Of a stretch of DNA of 64,000 nt, positions 29,297 through 39,741 are shown piece by piece. Every line of letters starts with the position of its first letter. Position 1 is the first letter of the stretch. The position numbers and the translations under genes were made by a program. Source of the stretch: Candidatus Latescibacterota bacterium (GTDB taxonomy: Bacteria; Latescibacterota; CBDEFO01); contig OZ252149.1 of NCBI GenBank assembly GCA_965248755.1, positions 224,001 through 288,000 of the forward strand, read 5' to 3'. The notes below the pieces were generated by a model. The model saw only the letters and a list, made by a program, of their open reading frames with translations, was not told where the DNA came from and made no database searches.

Positions 29297-31306
29297 CTAA
29301 TCCGAAACCTTAGCTTCTTTTTCCATCTCCTCCCCTATCCTTCGAATCTGATCCCTCAACCTTGCAGCCCTTTCAAACTCAAGCCTTGACGCCGCCTCAA
29401 TCATCTGACCCTCCAGGACCTCTATCAACTCTTCTCTATCCATCTGTGCCGTGTACTCTGCCATCTCCTCCTTTACCTGGTACCTGTCCTTTCTTATGAC
29501 ATCCGCCACAGCTGTAGTTCTCATAACCTCATCTACCGACTTGTATATGGATTTAGGTTCTATTCCGTGCTCCATGTTAAACTCCTCTTGGATTCCCCGC
29601 CTCCTGTTTGTTTCGCCGATAGCCCTCCTCATAGAATCTGTCATATTATCCGCGTAGAAGATGACCTCCCCCGCAACGTGCCTTGCCGCCCTGCCCGAAG
29701 TCTGAATCAACGATCTTTCAGACCTTAAGAAGCCCTCCTTATCCGCATCTAATATCGCTACCAAAGATACTTCGGGCAGGTCCAACCCCTCCCGTAAAAG
29801 ATTAACCCCCACTAGTACATCGAACTCTCCCAGCCTTAAATCTCTCAAGATTACGACTCTGTCTAAAACGGCTATTTCGGAATGCAGGTATCTCACCTTG
29901 ATACCCATCTTATCTAAATAGTCAGCAAGATGCTCCGACATCTTTTTGGTCAGAGCAGTAACTAAAACTCTCTCCCTTTTCTCCACCCTTGCCCTTATTT
30001 CCTCCAACAGATCGTCCACCTGTCCCCTTGCAGGCTTTACGGTAATCTTGGGGTCCACAAGCCCCGTAGGACGGATAATCTGTTCCACCACCACACCGTT
30101 GCATTTTTCATGCTCATACTCGGCTGGAGTGGCTGATACGAATACAACCTGATTCACAACCTCCTCAAACTCCTCAAAATACAAAGGTCTGTTGTCGTAT
30201 GCTGACGGGAGTCTGAATCCGTACTCTATCAATGCCTCTTTTCTCGATCTGTCTCCAGCCCACATACCCCTAATCTGTGGCACAGTTGCGTGTGATTCGT
30301 CCATGAATATTAAGAAGTCCTTGGGGAAATAGTCTAAGAGGACCCAGGGTCTCTCCCCTGGCCGTCTTCCTGTAAGGTGTCTCGAATAGTTCTCAATTCC
30401 CTGACAGTAACCTATCTCGTTCAGCATCTCCACATCGAACTTCGTCCGGGATTCCAACCTCTGCGCCTCCAGCAGCTTTCCCTCAGACTGAAATTTGGCC
30501 AACTGTTCGTCCAACTCCCGCAGGATAGCTTCGCACGCCTGTTCAAGTGTAGGTTGAGTAACCACGAAGTGCCTCGCAGGATATATCGCAACTTCTTCCA
30601 GTTCGTTTAGAATCTCACCGGTAAGCGTATCAATCACCGAAATTGCCTCAATCTCATTCCCGAAAAGGTCTATCCTTATCGCATCCTTTTCATAAGCGGG
30701 AATCACCTCAACTACATCTCCCCTCACCCTGAAAGTACCTCGTTTAGGCTCAAAATCGTTCCTGTTATAGTGAATATCTATCAATCGTCGCAAAACCTCA
30801 TCCCGCTCTATGTAATTCCCAACCTTCAGAGCAAGGTTCAGTTTTCTGTACTGCTCCGGAGAACCTATTCCATATATACACGAAACGCTCGCCACGGTAA
30901 TGACGTCATTTCTCTCCAAAAGAGAACTCGTCGCACGGAGCCTTAATCTGTCTATGTCGTCGTTTATATCCACCTCTTTCTGGACATACGTGTCTGTAAC
31001 GGCGTTGTACGCCTCAGGCTGATAATAATCGTAATAACTTATGAAATACTCCACAGCGTTTTCGGGGAAAAAGCCCTTAAATTCTCCGTACAACTGCGCC
31101 GCCAAAGTCTTATTATGAGACATCACTAAAGTCGGCTTCTGCAACTTTTCTATCACCGACGCCATAGTATAGGTCTTCCCACTCCCTGTAACGCCCAAGA
31201 GCGTCTGGAACTTGTCTCCCCTTTCTATCCCCTCCACCAACTCTTCTATTGCCCTGGGCTGATCCCCCTGAGGCTCGTAATCCGACTGTAGCTTGAATTG
31301 GGGCAT
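29297..31306 (-). CDS. uvrB: Excinuclease ABC subunit B
   Basis: [19 protein letters not shown] and [28 protein letters not shown] motifs; C-terminal UVR domain. Alternative GTG start at 31318. Confidence 0.98.
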   Translation of the reverse strand: MPQFKLQSDYEPQGDQPRAIEELVEGIERGDKFQTLLGVTGSGKTYTMASVIEKLQKPTLVMSHNKTLAAQLYGEFKGFFPENAVEYFISYYDYYQPEAYNAVTDTYVQKEVDINDDIDRLRLRATSSLLERNDVITVASVSCIYGIGSPEQYRKLNLALKVGNYIERDEVLRRLIDIHYNRNDFEPKRGTFRVRGDVVEVIPAYEKDAIRIDLFGNEIEAISVIDTLTGEILNELEEVAIYPARHFVVTQPTLEQACEAILRELDEQLAKFQSEGKLLEAQRLESRTKFDVEMLNEIGYCQGIENYSRHLTGRRPGERPWVLLDYFPKDFLIFMDESHATVPQIRGMWAGDRSRKEALIEYGFRLPSAYDNRPLYFEEFEEVVNQVVFVSATPAEYEHEKCNGVVVEQIIRPTGLVDPKITVKPARGQVDDLLEEIRARVEKRERVLVTALTKKMSEHLADYLDKMGIKVRYLHSEIAVLDRVVILRDLRLGEFDVLVGVNLLREGLDLPEVSLVAILDADKEGFLRSERSLIQTSGRAARHVAGEVIFYADNMTDSMRRAIGETNRRRGIQEEFNMEHGIEPKSIYKSVDEVMRTTAVADVIRKDRYQVKEEMAEYTAQMDREELIEVLEGQMIEAASRLEFERAARLRDQIRRIGEEMEKEAKVSD

Positions 31307-31565
31307 ACAGGAATCCACCTTATCCAGAGAGTTTAACCAGAATTTCTATCGCAGTACCCATGTTTAAGGCTACCGACCATATAACACGCCAGTTTTTATA
31401 ATTTATCTATATAGCCCTTCAAAAGCAACAAAAAAAGCCTATCAAAGAGAAAGGCTCATAGACTTGGCAGGGAACTATGAAAAAGCTGATCTCACGATGC
31501 GGGATATAAGGGTTTATCTAACATATTGCTAAACATTAAGATATATCAGAAGATCCTGTTTTTAC

Positions 31566-31607
31566 TTGACTTTATTACTTGCATCTATTATTATGCGGTT
31601 ATATAAT
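31566..31607 (+). promoter_or_regulatory. Two overlapping sigma70-type promoters
   Basis: TTGACT-17-TATTAT (31566-31594) and TTGCAT-17-TATAAT (31579-31607). Confidence 0.6.
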
Positions 31608-31630
31608 TCTGATATTCACAAGGATTTAAT

Positions 31631-32005
31631 ATGGGAAACGCAGCTTTGACAATAGTCTTCGTTTATAATGCAGATAGCGGCTTTTTTAATGCGCTTACCG
31701 ACTATGCTCACAAGATAATCTCACCCGACACCTACTCCTGCAATTTATGCACTATTACTTATGACAATATGGGTATGAAGCAGAAGTGGAAGAAGTTCAT
31801 TGACAATCTCAGCATACGTGTTGAGTTTTTACACCGTGATGAATTCTTGAAGCGTTATCATTTGAAGGAAATAGAGTTCCCATCTGCCTTTATCAAAAAA
31901 GAGGAAAATATCACTTTGCTTATTACTCATACCGACATTGACAACTGTAAGTCGATGGGAGATTTGATGAACCTGGTGACAAAAAAGGTGGAGGAGATTG
32001 GATAG
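31631..32005 (+). CDS. Conserved hypothetical protein
   Basis: FVYNADSG...HKIISP.TY.C.LC.ITY motif; promoter and SD present. Confidence 0.75.
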   Translation: MGNAALTIVFVYNADSGFFNALTDYAHKIISPDTYSCNLCTITYDNMGMKQKWKKFIDNLSIRVEFLHRDEFLKRYHLKEIEFPSAFIKKEENITLLITHTDIDNCKSMGDLMNLVTKKVEEIG

Positions 32006-32043
32006 AAAAGCGAATGGACTTTCGAACTGACAGGTGACATCGT

Positions 32044-33501
32044 ATGATGCGTGTTCTGATCGTGCTAACTCATCTATTTGAGTTTCTTTCAGTTGTTTCT
32101 GGGTTACTGTTCGGGGCAAGCTTCACCCCAGACGAACTGAAAAAATATCCGATCCTTGATCCGATCGTTGCCGAGCTTAAGGGAAATCGACTACTCCTAT
32201 TAATTTTCGCCATTGTTTTCCTAGCAATTTCCCGTATAGCAAACGCATGGAAGGAATCCTTAGGCAAGAAGGAACCTGTGATTGTGTTCATTCGGGGATC
32301 TCAGGGAGAACTCATCCCAAAAGCAACATTGACTGGATTCAAAAGAGAGTTGGTAGAAGCCGCGGCTGAACGAGTCAGAGAAGTGGAAGATTACTTTAAT
32401 GTTGCTGAACGTCGTTTTGCATCGAACCGCTACCGAGATGCTGCCAGCAATTATCAGAAATCTATTGGTGTGTTTCCAACGATGTCTGCTTACCTGAACC
32501 TTGGCATTTCACTTTCTTATGTCTCGCACTTTCCGGAAGCCGAGGATGCTTTCATCTCTGGACTTCAGATTGCTCGAAAGAAACATCATAGGGAGTTTGA
32601 AGGACTCTTTCTCGGTAATATCGGTATCGTCTACTTTAGGCAGGGGAATTTGGATGAAGCACTGAAGTCTTACGAAGCGGCATTTAAGATTTTCGAAGAG
32701 ATTAGCATTCCTTTAGGCCAAGCTAACACGTTCGTTAACATCGGCAACATCTATAGGAGTCAGGGGAAGTTGGATGAGGCACTGAAGTCTCATAAGGCAG
32801 CACTTGACATTTACAAGGAGATTGACAATCTTTTAGGCCAAGCCAATGTCCTAGGTAACATAAGCAACGTCTACTTTAATCAAGGGAAGTTGGATGAGGC
32901 ACTGAAGTCTCATAAGGCAGCGCTTGAGATCGACAAGGAAATTGGTAATCCTCAAGGTCAGGCCAATGACCTCGGCAACATAGGCACCGTCTATGCTGAG
33001 CAAGGGAAGTTGGATGAGGCGCTGAAATCTCACAAGGCAGCACTTGAGATTCACAAGGAAATTGATAATCTTTTAGGACAGGCCAATGCGCTTGGCAGCA
33101 TTGGCATTGTCTATAAAAAATGGGGGAAGCAGGAGGAGGCTCTCAGTTCTTACAGAGCGGCACTCGAGATTCACAAGGAGATTGGCAATCCTTTAGGCCA
33201 AGCCAATGACCTCGGCAACATAGGCACCGTATATGCTGAGCACGGGAGGCTGGAGGAGGCTCTGAAGTCTTACAAGGCAGCACTTGAGATTCACAAGGAG
33301 ATTGGCAATCCTTTAGGCCAAGCCAATGACCTCGGCAACATTGCCCACGTCTATGCTAACCAGGGGAAGAAGCGTGAGGTCCTCGAGTTGCTGAGGCAGG
33401 CTCGTGAAATTTATCGAAAGATCGGTGCAACAAGGGAGTTGCAGACAGTTGAGAAGAACATTGATCGGATCAATGCTGCAATGGATAAGCCTGATAGGTA
33501 A
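32044..33501 (+). CDS. Membrane-anchored TPR protein (40-aa repeats)
   Basis: Two N-terminal TM segments; about seven 120-bp repeats encoding LGNIG.VY..QGKLDEALKSHKAALEI.KEI.NPLGQAN. Confidence 0.9.
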   Translation: MMRVLIVLTHLFEFLSVVSGLLFGASFTPDELKKYPILDPIVAELKGNRLLLLIFAIVFLAISRIANAWKESLGKKEPVIVFIRGSQGELIPKATLTGFKRELVEAAAERVREVEDYFNVAERRFASNRYRDAASNYQKSIGVFPTMSAYLNLGISLSYVSHFPEAEDAFISGLQIARKKHHREFEGLFLGNIGIVYFRQGNLDEALKSYEAAFKIFEEISIPLGQANTFVNIGNIYRSQGKLDEALKSHKAALDIYKEIDNLLGQANVLGNISNVYFNQGKLDEALKSHKAALEIDKEIGNPQGQANDLGNIGTVYAEQGKLDEALKSHKAALEIHKEIDNLLGQANALGSIGIVYKKWGKQEEALSSYRAALEIHKEIGNPLGQANDLGNIGTVYAEHGRLEEALKSYKAALEIHKEIGNPLGQANDLGNIAHVYANQGKKREVLELLRQAREIYRKIGATRELQTVEKNIDRINAAMDKPDR

Positions 33502-33529
33502 GAGCTAAATATCAATATTAAGGAGCAAG

Positions 33530-34579
33530 ATGATCGCACCCCGTAAGGAGCAATTCAGCGGGTGTCTGATCGGTCAGTGTTTGGGTGATGCGTTAGGTTT
33601 CCCGGTGGAGGGCTATCCCCCGGAAATTTGCCAGCAGTACGTTACAGAAGTACTAAAGGCAGGGCGCGCAGGGGAAAGAGGTCGTGGCTCTTTTTCATTC
33701 GGTCAATATACGGATGACTCTCAGCTTGCCCGCGAGCTATTAGAAAGCTATGTCGCTTGTAAAGGGTTCGATCCGCGCTATTATGCGGGTCGGATCAGTT
33801 CCATCATTGCAGAGGGACGGATTGTCGGTCGCGGGCGGGCAACTGAGGAAGCTGCAGGGCGTCTGGCAGGGGGCGCATCGTGGGAGGAAGCGGGAACTCC
33901 TCCTCCATCTGCCGGAAATGGCAGTGCCATGCGGGCAGGGCCTGTAGGCTTGTTGTTCTTCGACGACCCAAAAGAGCTTGTTCGGAGGGCGCACGATCAG
34001 GGCCGCATCACTCATCAAGATAGGAGATGCTCAGCCGGTGCGGTCGCCATCGCCGGTGCTGTGGCATTAGCCCTTGAAAGCGAGAGAATTAGGGCAGATC
34101 AATTTCTCTCCCAGCTTGTCGAGTGGACAGAGATGATCGAAGGGTCGGTCGCCTCAGGTATTGGACAATTGAGGGAATGGATGCCCTTACCTCCCCACGA
34201 AGCGGCCACTTTTATTTCCAAAGCCGGTTCGCCTGACTATTCGGATGAATGGCAGGGGATCTCGCCGTTTGTTACGGGCAGTGTCCTGTGGAGTTTATAT
34301 TCGTTTCTGAGAACACCAAATGACTATTGGGAGACTGTCTGCACTGCAATCGCCGTAGGTGGAGACGTGGATACAACTGCCACTATGGCTGGAGCTATCA
34401 GCGGAGCCTTTTTGGGGCTAGAAGGGATTCCGTCTGATTTATGTCGTCACCTTACAGACCGAGGAACGTGGGGCTTTGCCGAACTTGTTGACTTGGCTCA
34501 CAGATGCTACGAGCTGAAAGTGCAACTGGGGAAAAAGGGCGGCAAATCCGGATCAGATACTACTTCACCTGAAAGCTGA
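33530..34579 (+). CDS. ADP-ribosylglycohydrolase family protein
   Basis: GDALG, YTDDSQ, GNGSAMR and GGDVDT motifs. Confidence 0.92.
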   Translation: MIAPRKEQFSGCLIGQCLGDALGFPVEGYPPEICQQYVTEVLKAGRAGERGRGSFSFGQYTDDSQLARELLESYVACKGFDPRYYAGRISSIIAEGRIVGRGRATEEAAGRLAGGASWEEAGTPPPSAGNGSAMRAGPVGLLFFDDPKELVRRAHDQGRITHQDRRCSAGAVAIAGAVALALESERIRADQFLSQLVEWTEMIEGSVASGIGQLREWMPLPPHEAATFISKAGSPDYSDEWQGISPFVTGSVLWSLYSFLRTPNDYWETVCTAIAVGGDVDTTATMAGAISGAFLGLEGIPSDLCRHLTDRGTWGFAELVDLAHRCYELKVQLGKKGGKSGSDTTSPES

Positions 34580-34801
34580 TGACTAGTGTGTCATCGAAGG
34601 AGTCATCCCCCACAACATGGTGGACACTGTGTAAACCTTTCTCTTTTATGTCAACGCATGCGTTATCTTATCTCATAGTCCGTATGATTTGTTACCGGTG
34701 GTTCCAGATCGGGTGTGAGGGGATGAAAGTTAAACACACATTCACTTTGGGACGGCGGGCCTTTCGATCAGTTGGTTCCGCTTTGTCATTTTGGAAGAAA
34801 A

Positions 34802-35875
34802 ATGAATGAGTTAGATGGACAGATAGATTCTGTAGAAATTGAGGCGCCTCTGCCCGATGATTTGATAGAGGAGTTGATCGATTTCTGGGAGGTGATCTTC
34901 GAAACTTCCTTTGAAGATCTTCGAAGTGTACTCGCTGCTGCAGAATCTGTACAAAACAGCGATATTCTATACTTAGTGCGCCATGGGAAGAAATTAGCTA
35001 GCAGCTCCCACTTGACAATTTCCAAGTCGAATCCGGAATTGGGAGGATTGGGGGAAATGGCGACTGCTCCTGAATTTCGTCGTCTGGGGCTAGCCAGCAA
35101 ACTCTGCGAGCGTGCGCTTGACGATTTTCGAACACAGGGAGGCCAGGCACTTTTTCTTGGGACGGGAAACCCGGCAGCCGCTCGAGTGTACAATCGTCTT
35201 GGGTGGCGGAAATTGGCAGGAGCCAGCGTAATGGTCTTTATTGCAAGTGGGGACTCACCGGAGACTTTTCTTGTGGACTACTTCAGGAAAGATGGCTCAA
35301 CAACAACTGCAGTAGCCTCGGCCTCTGAGCGCATTCCTATGATCCCACTGCTTATATCTCCTCACGACTGGCAGGTGTTGGACGCCAACGTGGGTATCTT
35401 TTCAACTCGATACGTTGTGCAGTCTTCATGCATGGGGCTCTATCCCCGGTATGAGGCACTCGTCCGAGAGGGCCGAGGTGAATGGTTTCGTGCTCGCACA
35501 GATCGAGGCAATCTGGTCGGACTAGCAACAGCACAACTTGATCAATCCACGATTGACCCCCGATTGAATCCATCGGGGAGCAGGGATCAACCCTCAATTG
35601 AATCTATTGGGACTCAATGCCAGGTGGACGCTTTCACTCATCAAAATTATATAGGCGCTTTGGAAGACCTCATCCAGGCAGCCATGTCCTGGGGCGTTTC
35701 CCGCGGTGTACCTCTATGTTCGGCAACTCTCTCAGTCGAGGATGAAAATAAGCGAGCATTATTCGAGTCCCTGGGATTTCGCGAAGCTGGAACGGGCGAG
35801 GAATTCAATTTGGATGGGAGGCGAGTGGCGTCCGTCCGTTTGGAAAGATCGGCTGCTGATGCCCTGTCCACTTAG
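34802..35875 (+). CDS. GNAT family acetyltransferase containing in-frame palindromic inserts
   Basis: Motif A FRRLGLAS and AARVYNRLGW; second degenerate GNAT domain (LFESLGF). Confidence 0.85.
   Translation: MNELDGQIDSVEIEAPLPDDLIEELIDFWEVIFETSFEDLRSVLAAAESVQNSDILYLVRHGKKLASSSHLTISKSNPELGGLGEMATAPEFRRLGLASKLCERALDDFRTQGGQALFLGTGNPAAARVYNRLGWRKLAGASVMVFIASGDSPETFLVDYFRKDGSTTTAVASASERIPMIPLLISPHDWQVLDANVGIFSTRYVVQSSCMGLYPRYEALVREGRGEWFRARTDRGNLVGLATAQLDQSTIDPRLNPSGSRDQPSIESIGTQCQVDAFTHQNYIGALEDLIQAAMSWGVSRGVPLCSATLSVEDENKRALFESLGFREAGTGEEFNLDGRRVASVRLERSAADALST
35546..35612. repeat. Short palindromic elements inside the GNAT CDS
   Basis: TCCACGATTGA [CCCCCGATTGAATCCATCGGGG] ... CCCTCAATTGAATCTATTGGGA, read as PRLNPSG and PSIESIG. 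Confidence 0.9.
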
Positions 35876-35886
35876 CTGGAGAGATA

Positions 35887-35919
35887 GCAAGCCCCCGATA
35901 GATCCAATCGGGGGCTTGC
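35887..35919. repeat. Short palindromic element, reverse orientation, extended stem
   Basis: GCAAG-CCCCCGATAGATCCAATCGGGGG-CTTGC. Confidence 0.9.
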
Positions 35920-35992
35920 CACGAAGTGGGTGGAGCTGCCTGAAATCTATCTGCACAAGCCCGTGGCGCACGCGTAGGGACATCCAAAAGGT

Positions 35993-36235
35993 AAGGTAAC
36001 CGCGAGCGAGGTCCACAAACTCTTCCTCGAATACGAAGACTGCTTCGCTTACCAGCTCAATCACTACTACGTTCCCACAAGGCGCACCGTGTACGTAGTG
36101 CACGCGGACGACGGAACAGTGGGCTTGGTGGAGAGCGGCTCTACCGAGCCTCAGGAGGTCATCGACCAGTACATAGGCGCTAAATCCTCTTCAATTGATT
36201 GAGGGACGAGACCTCGTTGGGCTTAGGGACAGTAG
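35993..36235 (+). pseudogene. N-terminal relic of an enolase-superfamily (mandelate racemase-like) gene
   Basis: KVTASEVHKLFLEYEDCFAYQLNHYYVPTRRTVYVVHADDGTVGLVES..., then frameshifted DETSLGLGT; no start codon and truncated. Confidence 0.5.
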
Positions 36236-36406
36236 GGGGGTCATCGTCAGCGGTAAAACCCAGGTGGACACTGGCGAATCCACCACACCCGGAGAAGGAT
36301 TAGGTCGGATTCTTCGGCAAGTGGAGAACTGGATGACGCTGTGCAAGAACGCTATCGAACTAGTGAATCTTCAAAAGCCAATTTCTACAGCAGAGGAGAA
36401 CAAAAG

Positions 36407-37333
36407 ATGCTGACCCGAGACACCTTCACCGGACCCTGGGCGGGTCTACCTGTGGCCTGGACTGACGATGACCGATTCGACGAAGAGACCTATCGCGCAG
36501 ATGTAGCGCGTTGCTGCAAGGCGGGCGTGCCCGGTGTATACACCGGAGGAACAACAGGCGAGTTCTATGCAATGGAATTGGACGAGTTCAAGGCCGTGGC
36601 CAAGGCCACAGTGGAGGAGTGCCGCGCACATAGCACGCCGGCTATGATAGGATGCAGCTCGACCTACACACTCGGCGCAGTCCGACGCACCTCCTTTGCC
36701 GCTGAACTCGGCGCCGACGCGATCCAGGTGGCGCTGCCGTTCTGGATGGAGGTCGGGGATACAGAGATTGTGCCGTTCTTCACGGAGGTTACCGAGGCCG
36801 CAGACGGACTGCCGCTCTCGATCTACGAAACCACGCGGGCAAAGAAGACGCTTACGCTAGATCAGCATCGGGCGGTCAAAGACGCCGTCCCAACTTATCT
36901 GATGGTCAAGGCCAATGCGGGCACTGTAGGGGCCACGCCTGAGGGCTGTAGGGCACTTTCCGAGTTCATCAATGTATTTGTCGGTGAGCGCCTCTGGCCG
37001 ACACTCGGGCCACAAGGGGCAATAGGATGCTGCAGTTCGATGGTCTACGAGAATCCCAGGGTCACCCTGTCCATCTGGCAGTTAGTGCTGAAGAATGACT
37101 GGGCCGCTCTGGAGGAGTCCATAGCCCGCTTTAGGTCCGTGGACAAGCTTTATGAAGAGTTAGGACAGCGTGGATACACGGACACGGCCTACGACCGACT
37201 CGGAGGTTTGGCAACCGGATTCCTCAAGACCAGTATAAGGAGCCGCGGTCCATATCCTTCTGCCACCGAGGAGGATGTAAAAACCCTGCGAGAGTTGTAC
37301 CGAGAGCACGTCCCGGAGATGCTGGAGTTGTGA
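36407..37333 (+). CDS. Dihydrodipicolinate synthase / class I aldolase family protein
   Basis: GGTTGEF, GADAIQVALP and catalytic-like Y and K (IYET, MVKAN); GAGGAG SD. Confidence 0.85.
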   Translation: MLTRDTFTGPWAGLPVAWTDDDRFDEETYRADVARCCKAGVPGVYTGGTTGEFYAMELDEFKAVAKATVEECRAHSTPAMIGCSSTYTLGAVRRTSFAAELGADAIQVALPFWMEVGDTEIVPFFTEVTEAADGLPLSIYETTRAKKTLTLDQHRAVKDAVPTYLMVKANAGTVGATPEGCRALSEFINVFVGERLWPTLGPQGAIGCCSSMVYENPRVTLSIWQLVLKNDWAALEESIARFRSVDKLYEELGQRGYTDTAYDRLGGLATGFLKTSIRSRGPYPSATEEDVKTLRELYREHVPEMLEL

Positions 37334-37515
37334 TCGCGATAAACAGGTAAGGCGGTAGCTCTACATTTAGTAAACAGTAGATAGGGCACCTCAGCCCTCT
37401 GTTGCTATCTAATCGTTGAGGCAGAATTGATGATACTATTGTTCCTTATGTTGTGAGGCATCTAAAGCAGTAAGTGGATAAGAGTAGAGAAAACATAAGG
37501 AAAGACAGGCTCACA

Positions 37516-39516
37516 ATGACAGAGATACCTTGGGCAAAAATCGGTAAACCCCTCGAAGACCTGCTCAGGTACGAGCGCCAGCTAGGCCACTACGAACACG
37601 CCGGCTACGATCTCATCTCCACCCTCGTCCACTCCCCGATCCCCGACAGAAGCAATCGGGGATCAATCGGGAACTGGCGCTCATTCATCCTGGGGGACGA
37701 CCACTTCGAAACCGTGGTTTCTCAGGTCATCGCCATATCAATAAAGGATAGCATAACTCCCAAAACGGCCCTCGACACAATTCGCACAATTGCTGAAGCA
37801 GCCTATGCCAACTTCCCTCAACAGGCCCCTTTGTTCCTCGAAGCGTACCTGAAACAGAGGCCGTACTTCCCGGGTTCCGTGCGCGACCAGCTGGACCAGC
37901 TCGCCGCAGCGGGAACTACCTCGATCCCTCTCTGCGCGGCTGCCTTGGCCGTGGAAATACAGCGCGCCAAACCCGTGGAGACGCAGGACGAGGCTGAAAA
38001 GGAGGTGTTCGACCACTGGTACGGGCGCATCGTCCGGGAGGAAATCTCCGAGCATCAGGCAAAGACCATACCTGCGCAGATCCTGGAAGCAGAAGCCCGG
38101 CTGCTGGAGCACTTGCAGGAGATGGAGGAGAACGTACAGGCCGACAAAGCAACCCTTTACAAAAGCTACAGCTGCATCCTCAAGTCGAACAATATTCCGA
38201 CGCTGACCGATCTGGTGACGGCCGCGTCCAAGTCCGGGCTTGGCATCAGCGTCGAACAGGTCGAAAACTTTCTGGAAAACCTCTCGAGGGACGAGGCCCT
38301 ACATCGCTTCGAGCAACTGGGCGCGTGGATTGCCCGGATCAACAACCAGAACCACGACGGCGTCACGTTGACGCCCGTGCTGACCGACTACCTGGCGCAA
38401 CCATCTGATTTCGAGTCCCTCATAGGCGAACTGGATCGCCTCAGAGCAGAGACCCGCGCCGGCCACTTCCGCATGAACAATGAACTGCAAAAAGAACTGG
38501 AATACATGCGCTTCACCACTGAGTACAACTGGCAATTCGACGAGCCGTTGGACACCTCGGAGCACTACGCCATGTTCGAGCAGTTGCAAAAACTGCCGCC
38601 GCCCTGCGAGGAAGAATTCGAGCTGGACGGACAGCACCTGGTGGAAGTCAGGCGCGTCGCGTACGAGGCCGTGGGCTTTCTACGCTTCCTGAGAGAATTT
38701 CGCGCGAGGACCAGCCGCCGCATCGCAGTTATAGGCAACGACCGCTACGGCAGGCAGTGGGTCGTCGAGCCCCAGGAGGACTACCTGCACGACGGCTTCA
38801 CTCTGCACTACTTCCGCAACCCCTCGCACATGTCCATGCGTCTGAAGGTCCGCCATGAACTCTTCTACAACATCCGCATGGGGTTCACAAGGGATTTCGT
38901 CAAAGACCTCAACCAGCACATGCCTCACGTGGTGATCGCCGACAGTTGCAGTCCCAGGGGTGGCGACCAGATCATGCAGCTCTCCCGGGGCTGCCGCGAT
39001 TACGTCAACTGGTTCATGGTCTTCAACGATATCCGCGCCCAGAGCGATGGCTCCAGGTACGAAGCCCACAGCTCCCTGCCGCCAGAGCACTTGCCCGAGC
39101 TGAAGAAGTGGCACGAGTTCACCAGGGTGAGGCGGCAGTTGCAGGACTGGGTCGACCCGGGACCCACCTACAAAATCGCGCACTGGGCCCCGGTGCAGAA
39201 GGAGACGGTGCTCCTGGGGGATTTCACAGTGCCTCGCAAAGACCCGGACTTGGACGACGACAGCCCACAGGTCATAATCGCCAATCCCGTGGTGTACCCT
39301 GACGATAATAATGAAATCCCTGAGCCCTTGCGCGGAACTAGCCCTTACTATTTCGATGACCCCGAGAGATACGAAAAAGAGGAGGTACTCTTCGGCTTCG
39401 GAGATCACGGCTTCGAGACCCGGCTCAAGGGTGTGACCACCGATACCTTTGTAGCCGCCATCCAGCACTACATGAAGACGGAAATTGATAGGCTCCTGCG
39501 GGAAACAGGTGACTGA
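37516..39516 (+). CDS. Hypothetical protein with in-frame nested palindrome
   Basis: Long ORF with GC-biased codons; no family recognised. The ORF is open from 37474. Confidence 0.75.
   Translation: MTEIPWAKIGKPLEDLLRYERQLGHYEHAGYDLISTLVHSPIPDRSNRGSIGNWRSFILGDDHFETVVSQVIAISIKDSITPKTALDTIRTIAEAAYANFPQQAPLFLEAYLKQRPYFPGSVRDQLDQLAAAGTTSIPLCAAALAVEIQRAKPVETQDEAEKEVFDHWYGRIVREEISEHQAKTIPAQILEAEARLLEHLQEMEENVQADKATLYKSYSCILKSNNIPTLTDLVTAASKSGLGISVEQVENFLENLSRDEALHRFEQLGAWIARINNQNHDGVTLTPVLTDYLAQPSDFESLIGELDRLRAETRAGHFRMNNELQKELEYMRFTTEYNWQFDEPLDTSEHYAMFEQLQKLPPPCEEEFELDGQHLVEVRRVAYEAVGFLRFLREFRARTSRRIAVIGNDRYGRQWVVEPQEDYLHDGFTLHYFRNPSHMSMRLKVRHELFYNIRMGFTRDFVKDLNQHMPHVVIADSCSPRGGDQIMQLSRGCRDYVNWFMVFNDIRAQSDGSRYEAHSSLPPEHLPELKKWHEFTRVRRQLQDWVDPGPTYKIAHWAPVQKETVLLGDFTVPRKDPDLDDDSPQVIIANPVVYPDDNNEIPEPLRGTSPYYFDDPERYEKEEVLFGFGDHGFETRLKGVTTDTFVAAIQHYMKTEIDRLLRETGD
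37634..37672. repeat. Nested short palindromic element inside a CDS
   Basis: CCCCGAT [CCCCGACAGAAGCAATCGGGG] ATCAATCGGGA, read as PIPDRSNRGSIG. Confidence 0.9.
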
Positions 39517-39741
39517 CCACAGAAAGGATATCTCATGAAAAGATATTATTAGTAATTGCCTTTGGTTGCATTCTGCTGATCTACGTTTTATTGGTACGGA
39601 CTGTACAGTCTACTTCAAAGCAAAACCAAATAGAAACCGTTGCTAGGATAGCCATCTACAGTGAACAAATCGCACAACGTCTGGCAGAAGCCCTGCGGTT
39701 TGAGACTAATTCATGCAAGCGAGCTAGAGGAGTATTCGTAG

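Noticed and set aside
32590..33380. 120-bp tandem DNA repeats as a non-coding repeat or mobile element
   Set aside because: Fully explained by the 40-aa TPR coding units.
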